A stretch of 43,313 bases of DNA from Acidimicrobiales bacterium (GTDB lineage: Bacteria; Actinomycetota; Acidimicrobiia; Acidimicrobiales; Poriferisodalaceae). The notes under the pieces were generated by a model. That model did not search any database and had not been told where the DNA came from. It saw nothing but the letters and a program-made list of their open reading frames with translations. Positions within the stretch are counted from its first letter, which is position 1. Each line of letters begins with the position of its first letter. The DNA is taken from the NCBI GenBank assembly GCA_004214275.1, contig SGYJ01000001.1, forward strand, positions 1 to 43,313, written 5' to 3'. Made by a program: the position numbers and the translations under genes. Positions 27,513 to 41,034 of the stretch are shown here, in pieces.

Positions 27513-27687
27513 AGACCGATCCGTTGAAAGACGCTAAGGCCCAGCGCCCTTAATTCCACGCCATAGGATGAGGTTCCTCTCTTCGGAACTTCCGAAATTG
27601 CATTACTACGCCAACGGCGGACTTCGTATCTAACGCCAAGCCACACGAAATCCGCAATCACTCGATCAACAACTCCACGGATCACCA

Positions 27688-28338
27688 TTGACCACCACTG
27701 ATACCAAACCTCTATTTCGGGGAGTGTCACATCGGGCAGCTTTTATAGCTTCGGTCACGCTCGCCCCAATTGTGATTGTCTCAGCTCCAGGAATATGGCC
27801 ACGCCTAGTGACGGGTCTTTACACAACGGCGATAGTTGCCTTATTCGGGGTATCGACGTTATATCACCGGGTTAATTGGGGAACTATCAACCGTCAGCGA
27901 CTCCAAAAGTTTGACCACGTAACAATTTTTCTTGCTATCGCGGCTACCTACACACCAGTAGCAGCCTTCGTGCTATCCCCTTGGGCCGCAAAGCTGGTAC
28001 TGGTCATGGTATGGAGTGGCGCCTTTTTAGGCGCCTTAATACGAATCCGATTCTCGGACTCTCCGCAATGGCTTGTTGCCGCTCCGTATTTAATAGTCGG
28101 CTGGTGTTTGCTCGCAGTCATCAAAGATGCTTGGCAGCAGCTTGGAGTTGTTGGGTTCTTCCTTTTTCTTTCTGGAGGGATGTTGTACACGGCGGGCGCT
28201 GTGATATTTGCTGCCCAAAGACCTAATCCTTGGCCACACAAGTTTGGATTTCACGAAATATTTCACACGTTCACGGTCGTAGCTGCGTCACTTCACTACA
28301 TAGCGTTCGTATTCGTTGTTCTTCCCAAAGCTCAATGA
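27688..28338 (+). CDS. Hemolysin III / PAQR-family membrane protein
   Basis: About 7 transmembrane helices; STLYH, FDHVTIFLAIAATYTP, GFHEIFH. Confidence 0.9.
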   Translation: MTTTDTKPLFRGVSHRAAFIASVTLAPIVIVSAPGIWPRLVTGLYTTAIVALFGVSTLYHRVNWGTINRQRLQKFDHVTIFLAIAATYTPVAAFVLSPWAAKLVLVMVWSGAFLGALIRIRFSDSPQWLVAAPYLIVGWCLLAVIKDAWQQLGVVGFFLFLSGGMLYTAGAVIFAAQRPNPWPHKFGFHEIFHTFTVVAASLHYIAFVFVVLPKAQ

Positions 28339-28368
28339 GTGTGACTGATCTTGGTAACACCAGTCTTG

Positions 28369-29859
28369 TCAGGTCACTTGGAACGTAGCGGCGAAGAAGG
28401 AGTGTGGGGGAAGTTGGACTAAAGGTGCAGCACCGTCTGAAGTTTCAAACGCACTCCGCCGCACAGCATGTGGGTTCTCCCAAGTGTTTTGTGTTGATGG
28501 GGTTGGGTGATGCAAGAGCTCACTAGAAACAACGCTGAGTTGTGCCCCAGATAGATCGATTGTTAAATCCACAGTGCTATCAACTGAGCGGTTGACCGCG
28601 TAGACGTGCAACTCGGCGTTGTCGCTCAATATGACTGCCCCGTCCAGCATCGCCACATCACCAAAATCTGGGGATTCCACAGTAGGTCCGTGATACCCCA
28701 GATGGAGTGATCGGCCCTCTCGACGATTCACAAACATTGCCAATGCTTCAAAAATAGTTTGCCGCAGCAAATGATCGCCATCGGTAAGAACGGGCGCTAT
28801 GACATTCACAATCTGGGCGATGTTAGCGATCTTCACTACGTCAGCGTTTCGGATGAAACTCATCAAGAACTGCGCACAGACAAGCGCATCTTGGAGGTCA
28901 TAGACCTCCTCAACTAAGTGGGCGGGGAAATTTCCACCAGCCCACATACCATCTCTGTTTCGAGTTCGGTACCAGACGTTCCATTCATCAAACGCTATAA
29001 ACGGTCGCTTCGATGAACGCCTCTTTCCTGCGACGTATCGGCACACGGAATCAATTTCTGCAATTTGTTGATCAATCGCAGCGCCGGAGGTCAAAAACGC
29101 TGCAGTGTCACCGGAGTAGTTGTCCAGATACCTGTGAGTAGATAAATAGTCGGCGAATCCCCCGACTGCTTCTAGCGCTTCTCGGTCCCAGTTGAGGTAG
29201 GTCTCGTTATCGGGTAGTGACGTGCCTGAAACCACTAACTCGATCGATGGATCAACCAGCTTCATCATGTGAGCTGCTTGACGTGCTTTGGTTCCATATT
29301 CAGCCGCAGACACGTGCCCGATTTGCCACGGTCCGTCCATTTCGTTTCCTAGGCACCACAGCGGAACCGTGGGAGTATTTGAGGATTGGTCGAGCTCGCG
29401 TTGTTCGGTGATGTCCGTTACGAATTGACCATTGGTGTATTCAACCCAATCTGCTGCTTCTTCAGGTGAGCCTGTGCCTAAATTGACAGCGAACATGGGG
29501 GACCACCCAGTTCGGTTGCACAAAGATAAGAACTCATTGGTACCGAAACTGTTCGGCTCGATCGTCCCCCATGCCAACTCCCGACGAGTAGGCCGTTCTT
29601 CGACATCTCCCACACCGTCTCTCCAGTGGTAATTGGAAACAAAATTGCCACCTGGGTAGCGCATGACGGTGAAGTCGAGTTCATTTAAAGCAGTTAGCAC
29701 GTCAGCTCGACATCCAAACTCATCAGCGTGAGCTGAGGTCGGGTCATATATGCCTTCGTATACGGCTCTCCCCATGTGTTCCAAAAAGCCACCAAAGATC
29801 CTCGGGTCGACTGGTCCAGCATGATGGTGAGCGTGAAGATTGAAGGTGGCTTTAGTCAC
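28369..29859 (-). CDS. abfA: Alpha-L-arabinofuranosidase, GH51
   Basis: 496 aa; FLEHMGRAVYEG, RYPGGNF, WCLGNEMDGPWQ (acid/base Glu), FDEWNVW (nucleophile), AQIVNVIAP. Confidence 0.9.
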   Translation of the reverse strand: MTKATFNLHAHHHAGPVDPRIFGGFLEHMGRAVYEGIYDPTSAHADEFGCRADVLTALNELDFTVMRYPGGNFVSNYHWRDGVGDVEERPTRRELAWGTIEPNSFGTNEFLSLCNRTGWSPMFAVNLGTGSPEEAADWVEYTNGQFVTDITEQRELDQSSNTPTVPLWCLGNEMDGPWQIGHVSAAEYGTKARQAAHMMKLVDPSIELVVSGTSLPDNETYLNWDREALEAVGGFADYLSTHRYLDNYSGDTAAFLTSGAAIDQQIAEIDSVCRYVAGKRRSSKRPFIAFDEWNVWYRTRNRDGMWAGGNFPAHLVEEVYDLQDALVCAQFLMSFIRNADVVKIANIAQIVNVIAPVLTDGDHLLRQTIFEALAMFVNRREGRSLHLGYHGPTVESPDFGDVAMLDGAVILSDNAELHVYAVNRSVDSTVDLTIDLSGAQLSVVSSELLHHPTPSTQNTWENPHAVRRSAFETSDGAAPLVQLPPHSFFAATFQVT

Positions 29860-29945
29860 AAGCTGAGCGTAGTTCGAACTGGCTTTACTTCTTCCAGTAG
29901 CCCTCGAAGAGGGTGGTCAAGGGCGAACCTCAGGGGTTTCGTTCG

Positions 29946-30019
29946 TGGAGCTGATCGGAATCGAACCGACGACCCCCTGCTTGCAAAGCAGGTGCTCTAG
30001 CCAACTGAGCTACAGCCCC
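29946..30019 (-). tRNA. tRNA-Ala(TGC)
   Basis: GGGGCTGTAGCTCAGTTGGCTAGAGCACCTGCTTTGCAAGCAGGGGGTCGTCGGTTCGATTCCGATCAGCTCCA; 74 nt cloverleaf, G3-U70 identity pair, CCA not encoded. Confidence 0.97.
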
Positions 30020-30146
30020 CAGTAACCCTCAGAGGGTACCGAAATAAAGCTTCGAGCACGACTTAAGCAAACCATGGATTTTGCGGGCATGATCAAGGTA
30101 TTGAATTTCGATATAAATCGAAAATTCCCTTGAGGAGGGACCTCTA

Positions 30147-31049
30147 ATGACTATGCCCGCAATTTCGTTAGCTGCGGTAAACGGCCGGCGTCAACAAACA
30201 CTCGATGTAGCTGCAGAGATTGAACAGCGCGGCTTTACCGGCATTTATTGCCCTTCTATGGGTGACTGTGTCGCTCTTTGCCAAGCGATCGCTTCGGTCA
30301 CCAACGAAATAACTTTCGGCACTTCAGTCCAACCCATTTATTTCAGAAACCCTGAGGACCTCGCAGCGACCGCTGCTTTCATCCACGAAATAAGCAACGG
30401 ACGGTTCCGCTTAGGAATTGGGGTAACCCACGGACCAGTTCACCAACGCTTAGGAATCACTCCGGGGAAACCTTTAGGTGACACCCGTGACTATGTAGCC
30501 GCGATGCAACGGGCCGCTGAGCATCACGGTGAGCTACCTCCAATTGTCTTAGCCACCCTCAGACGAAAAATGGTTGAACTTTCAGTTGAAATCAGTGGCG
30601 GCGCGGTGTGGGCGAACGCGAGTCGTAACGACTTCAATAACTCGGTTGCCGATATCCCTCAGGATGTTCAGAGCAGCGATTTCTTTATCGGCAACATGAT
30701 CCCAACAGTGATCGATGACGATCGAGACGCAGGCGCCGCACGTAATAGAAAAACTCTTCAGGGGTATGTAGCACTGCCCAATTATCGCAATTACTGGAAA
30801 CAAGCTGGATACGCCGAGGAAATGGAAGGCATAGAAGCCGCTCTTGACGAGGGAGACCGAGATCGAGTCTTGACATGTATGTCAGATAAATGGCTATCGA
30901 ACGCAACACTCTATGGTTCTCAAAACGAAGTGAGGGAAGGCGTAGAAGAGTGGTTCGACCAAGGTTGTAAAACTCCGATTCTGGTGCCCTCCAGCACTAG
31001 CGGCGGCCAAATGCACGCCATACAAGAACTGTTCGACTGTTTCTCGTGA
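30147..31049 (+). CDS. LLM-class flavin/F420-dependent oxidoreductase
   Basis: 300 aa; GTSVQPIYFRNP, SNGRFRLGIGVTH, PPIVLATL; Shine-Dalgarno GAGGAGGG upstream. Confidence 0.8.
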   Translation: MTMPAISLAAVNGRRQQTLDVAAEIEQRGFTGIYCPSMGDCVALCQAIASVTNEITFGTSVQPIYFRNPEDLAATAAFIHEISNGRFRLGIGVTHGPVHQRLGITPGKPLGDTRDYVAAMQRAAEHHGELPPIVLATLRRKMVELSVEISGGAVWANASRNDFNNSVADIPQDVQSSDFFIGNMIPTVIDDDRDAGAARNRKTLQGYVALPNYRNYWKQAGYAEEMEGIEAALDEGDRDRVLTCMSDKWLSNATLYGSQNEVREGVEEWFDQGCKTPILVPSSTSGGQMHAIQELFDCFS

Positions 31050-31070
31050 GTCAGTCAACTGGAGTTCTAG

Positions 31071-32027
31071 TTGTCGTCTGAAATAGACCTCGATGCTGCC
31101 ACTGCGCGCCTTGCTGGTGTTGTCAGACGAACACCAGTGCTGAGGTCACGTCTACTAGATGAACGTGTCGGCGCGGAAGTACATCTAAAGGCGGAGCATC
31201 TCCAGCGCACCGGGGCCTTTAAGTTCCGCGGCGCATTTAACGCGATCGCTGCATTACCAAGTTCTGTTCGTCGCTTAGGAATCATCTCTTATTCTTCGGG
31301 GAACCACGCTCAAGCTGTCGCGCGTGCCGCCCAACTATTCGATGTTCCGGCGACCATCGTGATGCCGACTGATGCTCCGGACTCGAAGCGGAAAGCAACA
31401 GAAAGTTACGGCGCCGAAATCATTAGCTACGACCGGTACACCCAACATCGCGAGGACATCGCCGCTGAGGTGGTGCAGCATAGAGATTTAACCCTAATTC
31501 CCCCTTTCGATCATCCAGACGTAATTGCTGGTCAATCAACCTGCGCTCAAGAATTGTTCGCGGAGTCCGGTCCTCTCGATCAACTGATTGTGTCGGTAGG
31601 CGGAGGGGGGTTGATCTCTGGAAGCGCGTTGGCTGCTCACCGCGAAAACGCAAGCTGTGAGATTGTCGGGGTTGAGCCTGAGTCGGGTAACGATGTTCAG
31701 TTGTCACTTCGCGAGGGCAGAATCATAGAAATTGATGTGCCGGAAACCATTGCTGACGGACAGCAAACAACATCGCCTGGTGCCCACACGTTCGCTGTGA
31801 TGCAGCAACACGTTTCGGAAATAGCGACTGTGAGTGACGAACAGATTCTGGATGCCATGGATTATTTATTTCGGTTCCAAAACCAGGTTGTAGAACCGAG
31901 CGGTGCTTGTGCTTTGGCCGCCCTTCTCACAGGCGCAGTCAAACCTTCAGGAAATCGAATTGGGGTAATTCTGTCTGGCGGCAATATTTCACCAGAACGA
32001 TTTGTAGCGCTAATGGAGCAACGTTAA
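31071..32027 (+). CDS. PLP-dependent serine/threonine dehydratase-like enzyme (threo-3-hydroxyaspartate ammonia-lyase/serine racemase group), no regulatory domain
   Basis: LKAEHLQRTGAFKFRGA, SSGNHAQ, VGGGGLISG, TIADG, VEPSGA, SGGN. Confidence 0.87.
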   Translation: MSSEIDLDAATARLAGVVRRTPVLRSRLLDERVGAEVHLKAEHLQRTGAFKFRGAFNAIAALPSSVRRLGIISYSSGNHAQAVARAAQLFDVPATIVMPTDAPDSKRKATESYGAEIISYDRYTQHREDIAAEVVQHRDLTLIPPFDHPDVIAGQSTCAQELFAESGPLDQLIVSVGGGGLISGSALAAHRENASCEIVGVEPESGNDVQLSLREGRIIEIDVPETIADGQQTTSPGAHTFAVMQQHVSEIATVSDEQILDAMDYLFRFQNQVVEPSGACALAALLTGAVKPSGNRIGVILSGGNISPERFVALMEQR

Positions 32028-32041
32028 AAATCTCAGCTTCT

Positions 32042-33070
32042 TCATCCCACCCGGCTCAAACTTTGGACCTGCCCGAGGTAGCGAACCTCCTCGTCACGAG
32101 CGACATCTACATCATCAACCCATGGTGAGAAGAGTGACCGCCACCGTTGAGCCCAGGTGTGTTGCGCAGTAACCCGCGACCAAGCCGCCTCTCCAATCTT
32201 CTCCATTTCCTGTTGATCCGCGATAAGCACCGGGACCAAGTCAACGAGATCTTCGCTTGATTGGAACGTCACAATTTCTTCACCCGGGGCCAAAACATGG
32301 TCGACTGCGGCTCTCGCTTGAACAAGAGATGGCGTTCCCACAACGGCAGCTTCATAGACGCTGTTGGACAGGCCTAATTCAAAAAATGATTTCCTCACCT
32401 GTGATTGGTGGGCCAACGAAACTGGCAGTTCAACTAACAAACGTGCGCCAGCGAACAGGGTCGCTCGTTCTGGTAAAGGCATAACGTCGACAGTCGACAC
32501 GTCGAGCGGCAATTCCGACCAGCCTTCACCTACTACGACTAGATCGTCCAGATGGTCAAAACTCATCACGACATCAATATTTGTTGGATCGGCATCTCCT
32601 ATAACGACAGCTCCTCGCCTTTCGGAAGGAACAAAATTCATTAACGCAGGTGGATGAACTGCGGGCTCCATCAGCGAAAGTCGAAAGGTGCCGAGGTTCG
32701 CGTATTCTTCGAAGGTTTGCTGGTCAGGGACTACAACCAAGTCGTACTCCCTCAAATCATCACTGAGTCCACTTAGGTCTGTTGTGGCACCTTGCGGCGA
32801 CGGGCCGGTGTGCATACACAGAGCCACCGTTTCGGACGCGGCCGTCAAAGCACGTATTTCTTCTCGGTCGGGAACACCAGCGGCTGGAATGACAACCAAC
32901 ATTTCAGGTGAGTAACGATCAAGTCCCCACTTAATCGCTGCGTTTGTAGGTGCGACTGCGACTACTTCGTGCCCTAAAAACCTCAAGGGGTCGGCTACCT
33001 GTAAGCGCAAGTGTGACTCAGGGGCATCTACTCCGTAACCGGTTACTACTATCCGCATTGTGGGGGCCAT
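32042..33070 (-). CDS. Glycosyltransferase-like protein (CgeB-type C-terminal GT domain)
   Basis: C-terminal VYEAAVVGTP...PGEEIVTF...IGEAAWSRVTAQHTWAQRW pattern typical of CgeB-like GT-B domains. Confidence 0.6.
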   Translation of the reverse strand: MAPTMRIVVTGYGVDAPESHLRLQVADPLRFLGHEVVAVAPTNAAIKWGLDRYSPEMLVVIPAAGVPDREEIRALTAASETVALCMHTGPSPQGATTDLSGLSDDLREYDLVVVPDQQTFEEYANLGTFRLSLMEPAVHPPALMNFVPSERRGAVVIGDADPTNIDVVMSFDHLDDLVVVGEGWSELPLDVSTVDVMPLPERATLFAGARLLVELPVSLAHQSQVRKSFFELGLSNSVYEAAVVGTPSLVQARAAVDHVLAPGEEIVTFQSSEDLVDLVPVLIADQQEMEKIGEAAWSRVTAQHTWAQRWRSLFSPWVDDVDVARDEEVRYLGQVQSLSRVG

Positions 33071-33113
33071 CTCTATCGGTCAAGCTGATCGGTCCGCTGT
33101 GGGGCCTCCCACT

Positions 33114-33947
33114 TCAGTGTGGAACACTTTTAGATGAATTTCGATGACCATCAGAGGGTTCGTTGCGGAGACCTCTCATCACAACCGCCACCGCTGCCGC
33201 CAACACAACGATCGAAGTCCACACGTTTACTCGGACACCGAACACCTCAGTAGCCTTGTCAGTCCGGAGTAGTTCAATCCATAGTCTCCCGATCGTGTAC
33301 CCGGCTACATAAATGGCCCAGCTGTATCCCTTTCTAAGTTGGGGAAACAACCTTGGTACAAGCACTGCTATAAACCCCGCAACTCCCATATTCCATAACG
33401 CTTCGTAGAGAAAAGTCGGATGAAAAGATGGTGAGTCCGCGTATTCCAAAGGACGATTCTCCCTGTCAATTCGCAGCCCCCAAGGCAAATCTGTCGGTCT
33501 TCCGAATAATTCTTGATTAAACCAATTTCCCAGCCGTCCGACCGCCTGCGCGATCGGAACCCCAACAGCTGTGGCGTCAAACATTGCAGCGACATCACCG
33601 TTTTCTCGACGTACTACCCACCATGCAACTAACGCACCACCAGCTACTCCCCCCCAAATCCCGAGTCCGCCTTTCCAAAGTTGTGGGATCTCATCCCAGT
33701 TGCCCTGGAATCGACCGAAGTCGGTGGCAACGTGGTAAAGACGAGCCCCTATTATTCCCACCGGAATGGCCCAAGTCGCCATCCGATGCACCATCACCGG
33801 ATCTCCACCCGCGGCTTCGTAGCGGCGGCTGCTTACCCACACCGCCAGTAGAGCTCCAATAGCAATCGTCAATCCATAAGCGCGTAACTCAAAAACACCG
33901 ATTTGAATGGAGCTTGTCGATGGGCTTGGGATTGCAGCAAACATCAC
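33114..33947 (-). CDS. lgt: Prolipoprotein diacylglyceryl transferase
   Basis: RAYGL, GARLYHV, GGLGIWGG, AQAVGRLGNWFNQELFGRPT, HPTFLYE; AGGAG Shine-Dalgarno. Confidence 0.95.
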   Translation of the reverse strand: MMFAAIPSPSTSSIQIGVFELRAYGLTIAIGALLAVWVSSRRYEAAGGDPVMVHRMATWAIPVGIIGARLYHVATDFGRFQGNWDEIPQLWKGGLGIWGGVAGGALVAWWVVRRENGDVAAMFDATAVGVPIAQAVGRLGNWFNQELFGRPTDLPWGLRIDRENRPLEYADSPSFHPTFLYEALWNMGVAGFIAVLVPRLFPQLRKGYSWAIYVAGYTIGRLWIELLRTDKATEVFGVRVNVWTSIVVLAAAVAVVMRGLRNEPSDGHRNSSKSVPH

Positions 33948-34038
33948 ATTCTCCTGTCACGCTGAGGATATAGGTAACGGATTACTTCGAGCGACAAGAC
34001 GTGCGCAGCACAGACTCTCCAATGTTGTCGGTTCAGCA

Positions 34039-35028
34039 CTACGTATTGGAAAGACCCTCATAGACAGCAGCGGTAATTCCGCGATTTTCGAGTTCCTGTA
34101 ACCAAGGAAGTGGATCATCCAACATTCCTAGACTCCAGGACCCTGACGGCAACACACCCAACAGTGACCATTCTGCTGCGATCGCTGCTACCGCACCAGC
34201 TGCCGCTGAAGGGTAGTCAATTGCTCCGATCACTTCAGTGGTTTGAATTTGGTCTCGGATGCCCCGAATTTCAATTCGGACTGCTCCTGGACCGCCGTCT
34301 CTGTGGGGAGGACGAAGCATTGGTAGCCAAGCTGTTAGCCGATCACGTCTTGTGGCCGCTACCTTCGCCGTGATCCGTTCTGCTTCAGGGAAACTTGCCG
34401 ACAACAAAACGGGGTCGGCGAGTGCTGCTCTATAACAATCTCTAGCGCCAAGCGGATCAGGGAACCAGACCAGTTCTCTGCCCGCACCGCTCGGTCGCTT
34501 CATCCAGTTTCCGTTACGCCGCTCGAGTGACTCCTGTGTCCTTGCACGATGAAGCTGCCGTTGACAGGCGGGTCCACCTGTACCCATTCGTGCCACATGT
34601 ACTTCTTCGACGCGATCGAATCTATCTCCACCGTGACGCGCGAGCAGGCAACTTAAACCGGGTGAGAAAGCAGCCCCCACAATGACAGACCGTTCAGCTT
34701 TATTAGCTGCGGAGTCAAGCTCTAACAGCCCCTCTACATCATTTAATGCATCTGACAGCGAGACAACGTGAGAACCATTTCCGATTGCTTCTTCAGCTAG
34801 TTCTGTATGTCCGCCGGAAGGCTGAGCTAATACAGTCACGTCAGCTGCCGGAAGTGGTCCGGGAGCAACAACTTCAATGTCTACGTCAACCAGTTGGCGA
34901 ACAAAGCCGTGCATCCGTTGAGGACGTCTCGCTCCAAGAATCAACCTTTCGACTAATCCCGAAGCCGCAAGTTGTCGCGCTACACGCCGACCAACAACCC
35001 CCGAACCGATAACAGCAACTGTGGACAC
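34039..35028 (-). CDS. NAD(P)-binding Rossmann-fold oxidoreductase (saccharopine dehydrogenase-like)
   Basis: VIGSGVVG dinucleotide-binding motif; GAAFSPGLSCLLAR resembles the saccharopine-dehydrogenase-like GxxPG motif. Confidence 0.65.
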   Translation of the reverse strand: MSTVAVIGSGVVGRRVARQLAASGLVERLILGARRPQRMHGFVRQLVDVDIEVVAPGPLPAADVTVLAQPSGGHTELAEEAIGNGSHVVSLSDALNDVEGLLELDSAANKAERSVIVGAAFSPGLSCLLARHGGDRFDRVEEVHVARMGTGGPACQRQLHRARTQESLERRNGNWMKRPSGAGRELVWFPDPLGARDCYRAALADPVLLSASFPEAERITAKVAATRRDRLTAWLPMLRPPHRDGGPGAVRIEIRGIRDQIQTTEVIGAIDYPSAAAGAVAAIAAEWSLLGVLPSGSWSLGMLDDPLPWLQELENRGITAAVYEGLSNT

Positions 35029-35029
35029 G

Positions 35030-35167
35030 TCAGCGGAAGTCCGGGCCGCTTAACTGTCTCCACTTGCCTTGACGCGGAGGAATTCCTCCCGACCCCCTCA
35101 GCCGCAAGATGGCAGCAACAACTGTTCCTACACCCATTGCCAAGATTGCTCGGCGTAGTGCTCGCAC
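35030..35167 (-). CDS. Small protein, 45 aa, with N-terminal hydrophobic helix
   Basis: Hand-translated MRALRRAILAMGVGTVVAAILRLRGSGGIPPRQGKWRQLSGPDFR*. GGAGGT Shine-Dalgarno at 35172-35177; the stop lies 1 nt before the next gene's GTG. Not in the ORF track. Confidence 0.7.
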   Translation of the reverse strand: MRALRRAILAMGVGTVVAAILRLRGSGGIPPRQGKWRQLSGPDFR

Positions 35168-35191
35168 AACTACCTCCGCTCAGAGATTCAA

Positions 35192-35208
35192 ATCACATGT
35201 TATGTGAT
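35192..35208. promoter_or_regulatory. Inverted repeat ATCACAT-N3-ATGTGAT, candidate operator
   Basis: Perfect 7-3-7 palindrome that overlaps a TAACAT -10-like hexamer on the minus strand, upstream of the 45-aa ORF. Confidence 0.45.
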
Positions 35209-35225
35209 ACCAGGTGTTCGGAACG

Positions 35226-35299
<74 letters not shown>

Positions 35300-35353
35300 G
35301 AACAAGTGTCAGATAGTAGCGGCGCTACTGACACTCCACCAACGTGAATGTGT

Positions 35354-36127
35354 TTAAGAGGGTGGTTGATCTTCCTCTAATAGCGTCACTCGCACTCCAC
35401 CAACAAGGTCACTAATCAGATTAAAGATGATGGTCAACAGAACATTAAACGCAACCCCGGCAACAAATAACACCGCTCCAATGACCGTCGCTCGCCGGAA
35501 AATTTCATCCCCATTGATCTCCCAAACTTCATATGAGCCGACTTCTGCAATAAAGGATTCAATGTTGGTAATCACGCCGGATTGCACAGCTGCGGTCCAC
35601 AGTAGGTAGCCGGCGATGACTGTTGCTCCATACAGGCAGGCGTACAACAGCACGGAAACCTTTAATACTGACCAAGGATCAACGTGTCTGATGGTTCGGC
35701 GAGTTCTCTTTACTCGAGCGCGGCGTTTACCTATCCAACCAAGGTCTTCTTCCGGCAATAAAATTGGTCGTTCATCTACCGGTGTCTTTGGCAGAACTGG
35801 CTCGATTTGCTGACTTATTTGGGTATCAACAACTAGAGGTTGCTCTTTGTCAATTGCTGGGACAACTCCAGTTTCATCGTTTGGTTCTGGGACCTCAACT
35901 TGTTCACGTCCTTTTTGGCCAGCTGGGGGACGTCTAACGACTTGTTTGTCCTTTGTTCGCCGTTCTTCTTTGGGGGGACGGGCAGACTTTGCTCCGGGGA
36001 TTCTTCGTTTTCTTGGGCTCCGACGACCAATTTCTTGCTGGTCTAGCCCAACTGCACGCGCGAACGTTTCATCGTCAACCCCATCTGAGGGAGGGTTTCC
36101 TTGGTCTGGTTGATCGGAATCAGCCAC
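35354..36127 (-). CDS. DUF3566-domain transmembrane protein
   Basis: C-terminal RHVDPWSVLK...FNLISDLVGGVRVTL with two transmembrane helices; disordered N-terminus; canonical position after gyrA. Start placed at GTG 36127, 7 nt after TACACT (track start is 36151). Confidence 0.85.
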   Translation of the reverse strand: MADSDQPDQGNPPSDGVDDETFARAVGLDQQEIGRRSPRKRRIPGAKSARPPKEERRTKDKQVVRRPPAGQKGREQVEVPEPNDETGVVPAIDKEQPLVVDTQISQQIEPVLPKTPVDERPILLPEEDLGWIGKRRARVKRTRRTIRHVDPWSVLKVSVLLYACLYGATVIAGYLLWTAAVQSGVITNIESFIAEVGSYEVWEINGDEIFRRATVIGAVLFVAGVAFNVLLTIIFNLISDLVGGVRVTLLEEDQPPS

Positions 36128-36171
36128 GCGTCGAAGTGTACGGGAGGCCAAGCCGTAGCTGGGCGCGGTGT

Positions 36172-40607
<4,436 letters not shown>

Positions 40608-40713
40608 TTAACCCCTTTTCGTGAGCCAAATACTACCAGTAGGAGGGGGGCCAAAGAGGTAGGGTTAAAACCGTTATACGGCTTCTCAAGGCTTCTGAAG
40701 CAAAATACTTGAC

Positions 40714-41034
40714 TTATGAACCTTTGACGTGAACTTTAAGACCAGAAAAGTTGAGTTTTGGGTCTTTGTCTTTCAACTTTGCAACCAACTCTTGTTCCAA
40801 ATACCGAATTTCTGTTGCCCACCCTGGATGGTCAACATCAACGAGAAGACAATTGTCGATAACTCTGCGCGGCTTACAGTGATCAGCGATGGTGGGACCG
40901 ACGGCCTCTTCCCAATGTTGGTAAACGAGAAACATGACCCCGTCATCGCCGAAGCCACTGACAAGTCGTTTCAAAACATCCGCCAAGGATCGCGGTTCAT
41001 GCCATCGAGCTGATCCCCCTCCTCTAGTGTCCAT
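40714..41034 (-). CDS. DUF721 / DciA-family protein
   Basis: WEEAVGPTIADHCKP...LLVDVDHPGWATEIRY signature; canonical position between recF and gyrB. ATG 41034 overlaps the end of recF. Confidence 0.85.
   Translation of the reverse strand: MDTRGGGSARWHEPRSLADVLKRLVSGFGDDGVMFLVYQHWEEAVGPTIADHCKPRRVIDNCLLVDVDHPGWATEIRYLEQELVAKLKDKDPKLNFSGLKVHVKGS

Noticed and set aside
27509-27730. 73-aa minus-strand ORF upstream of the helicase
   Set aside because: It overlaps the hemolysin-III start, spans a probable divergent promoter region and has no recognisable motif.
33083-33092. AGCTGATCGG match to the tRNA-Ala 3' region as a possible att remnant
   Set aside because: Only 10 nt, on the upstream side of the tRNA, and no integrase is present; consistent with chance.
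35305-35335. Imperfect hairpin (AGTGTC..AGTAGC/GCTACTGACACT) upstream of tRNA-Ile as a novel ncRNA
   Set aside because: It is short, overlaps the likely tRNA -10 box (TACTAT), and is adequately explained as a terminator or promoter element.
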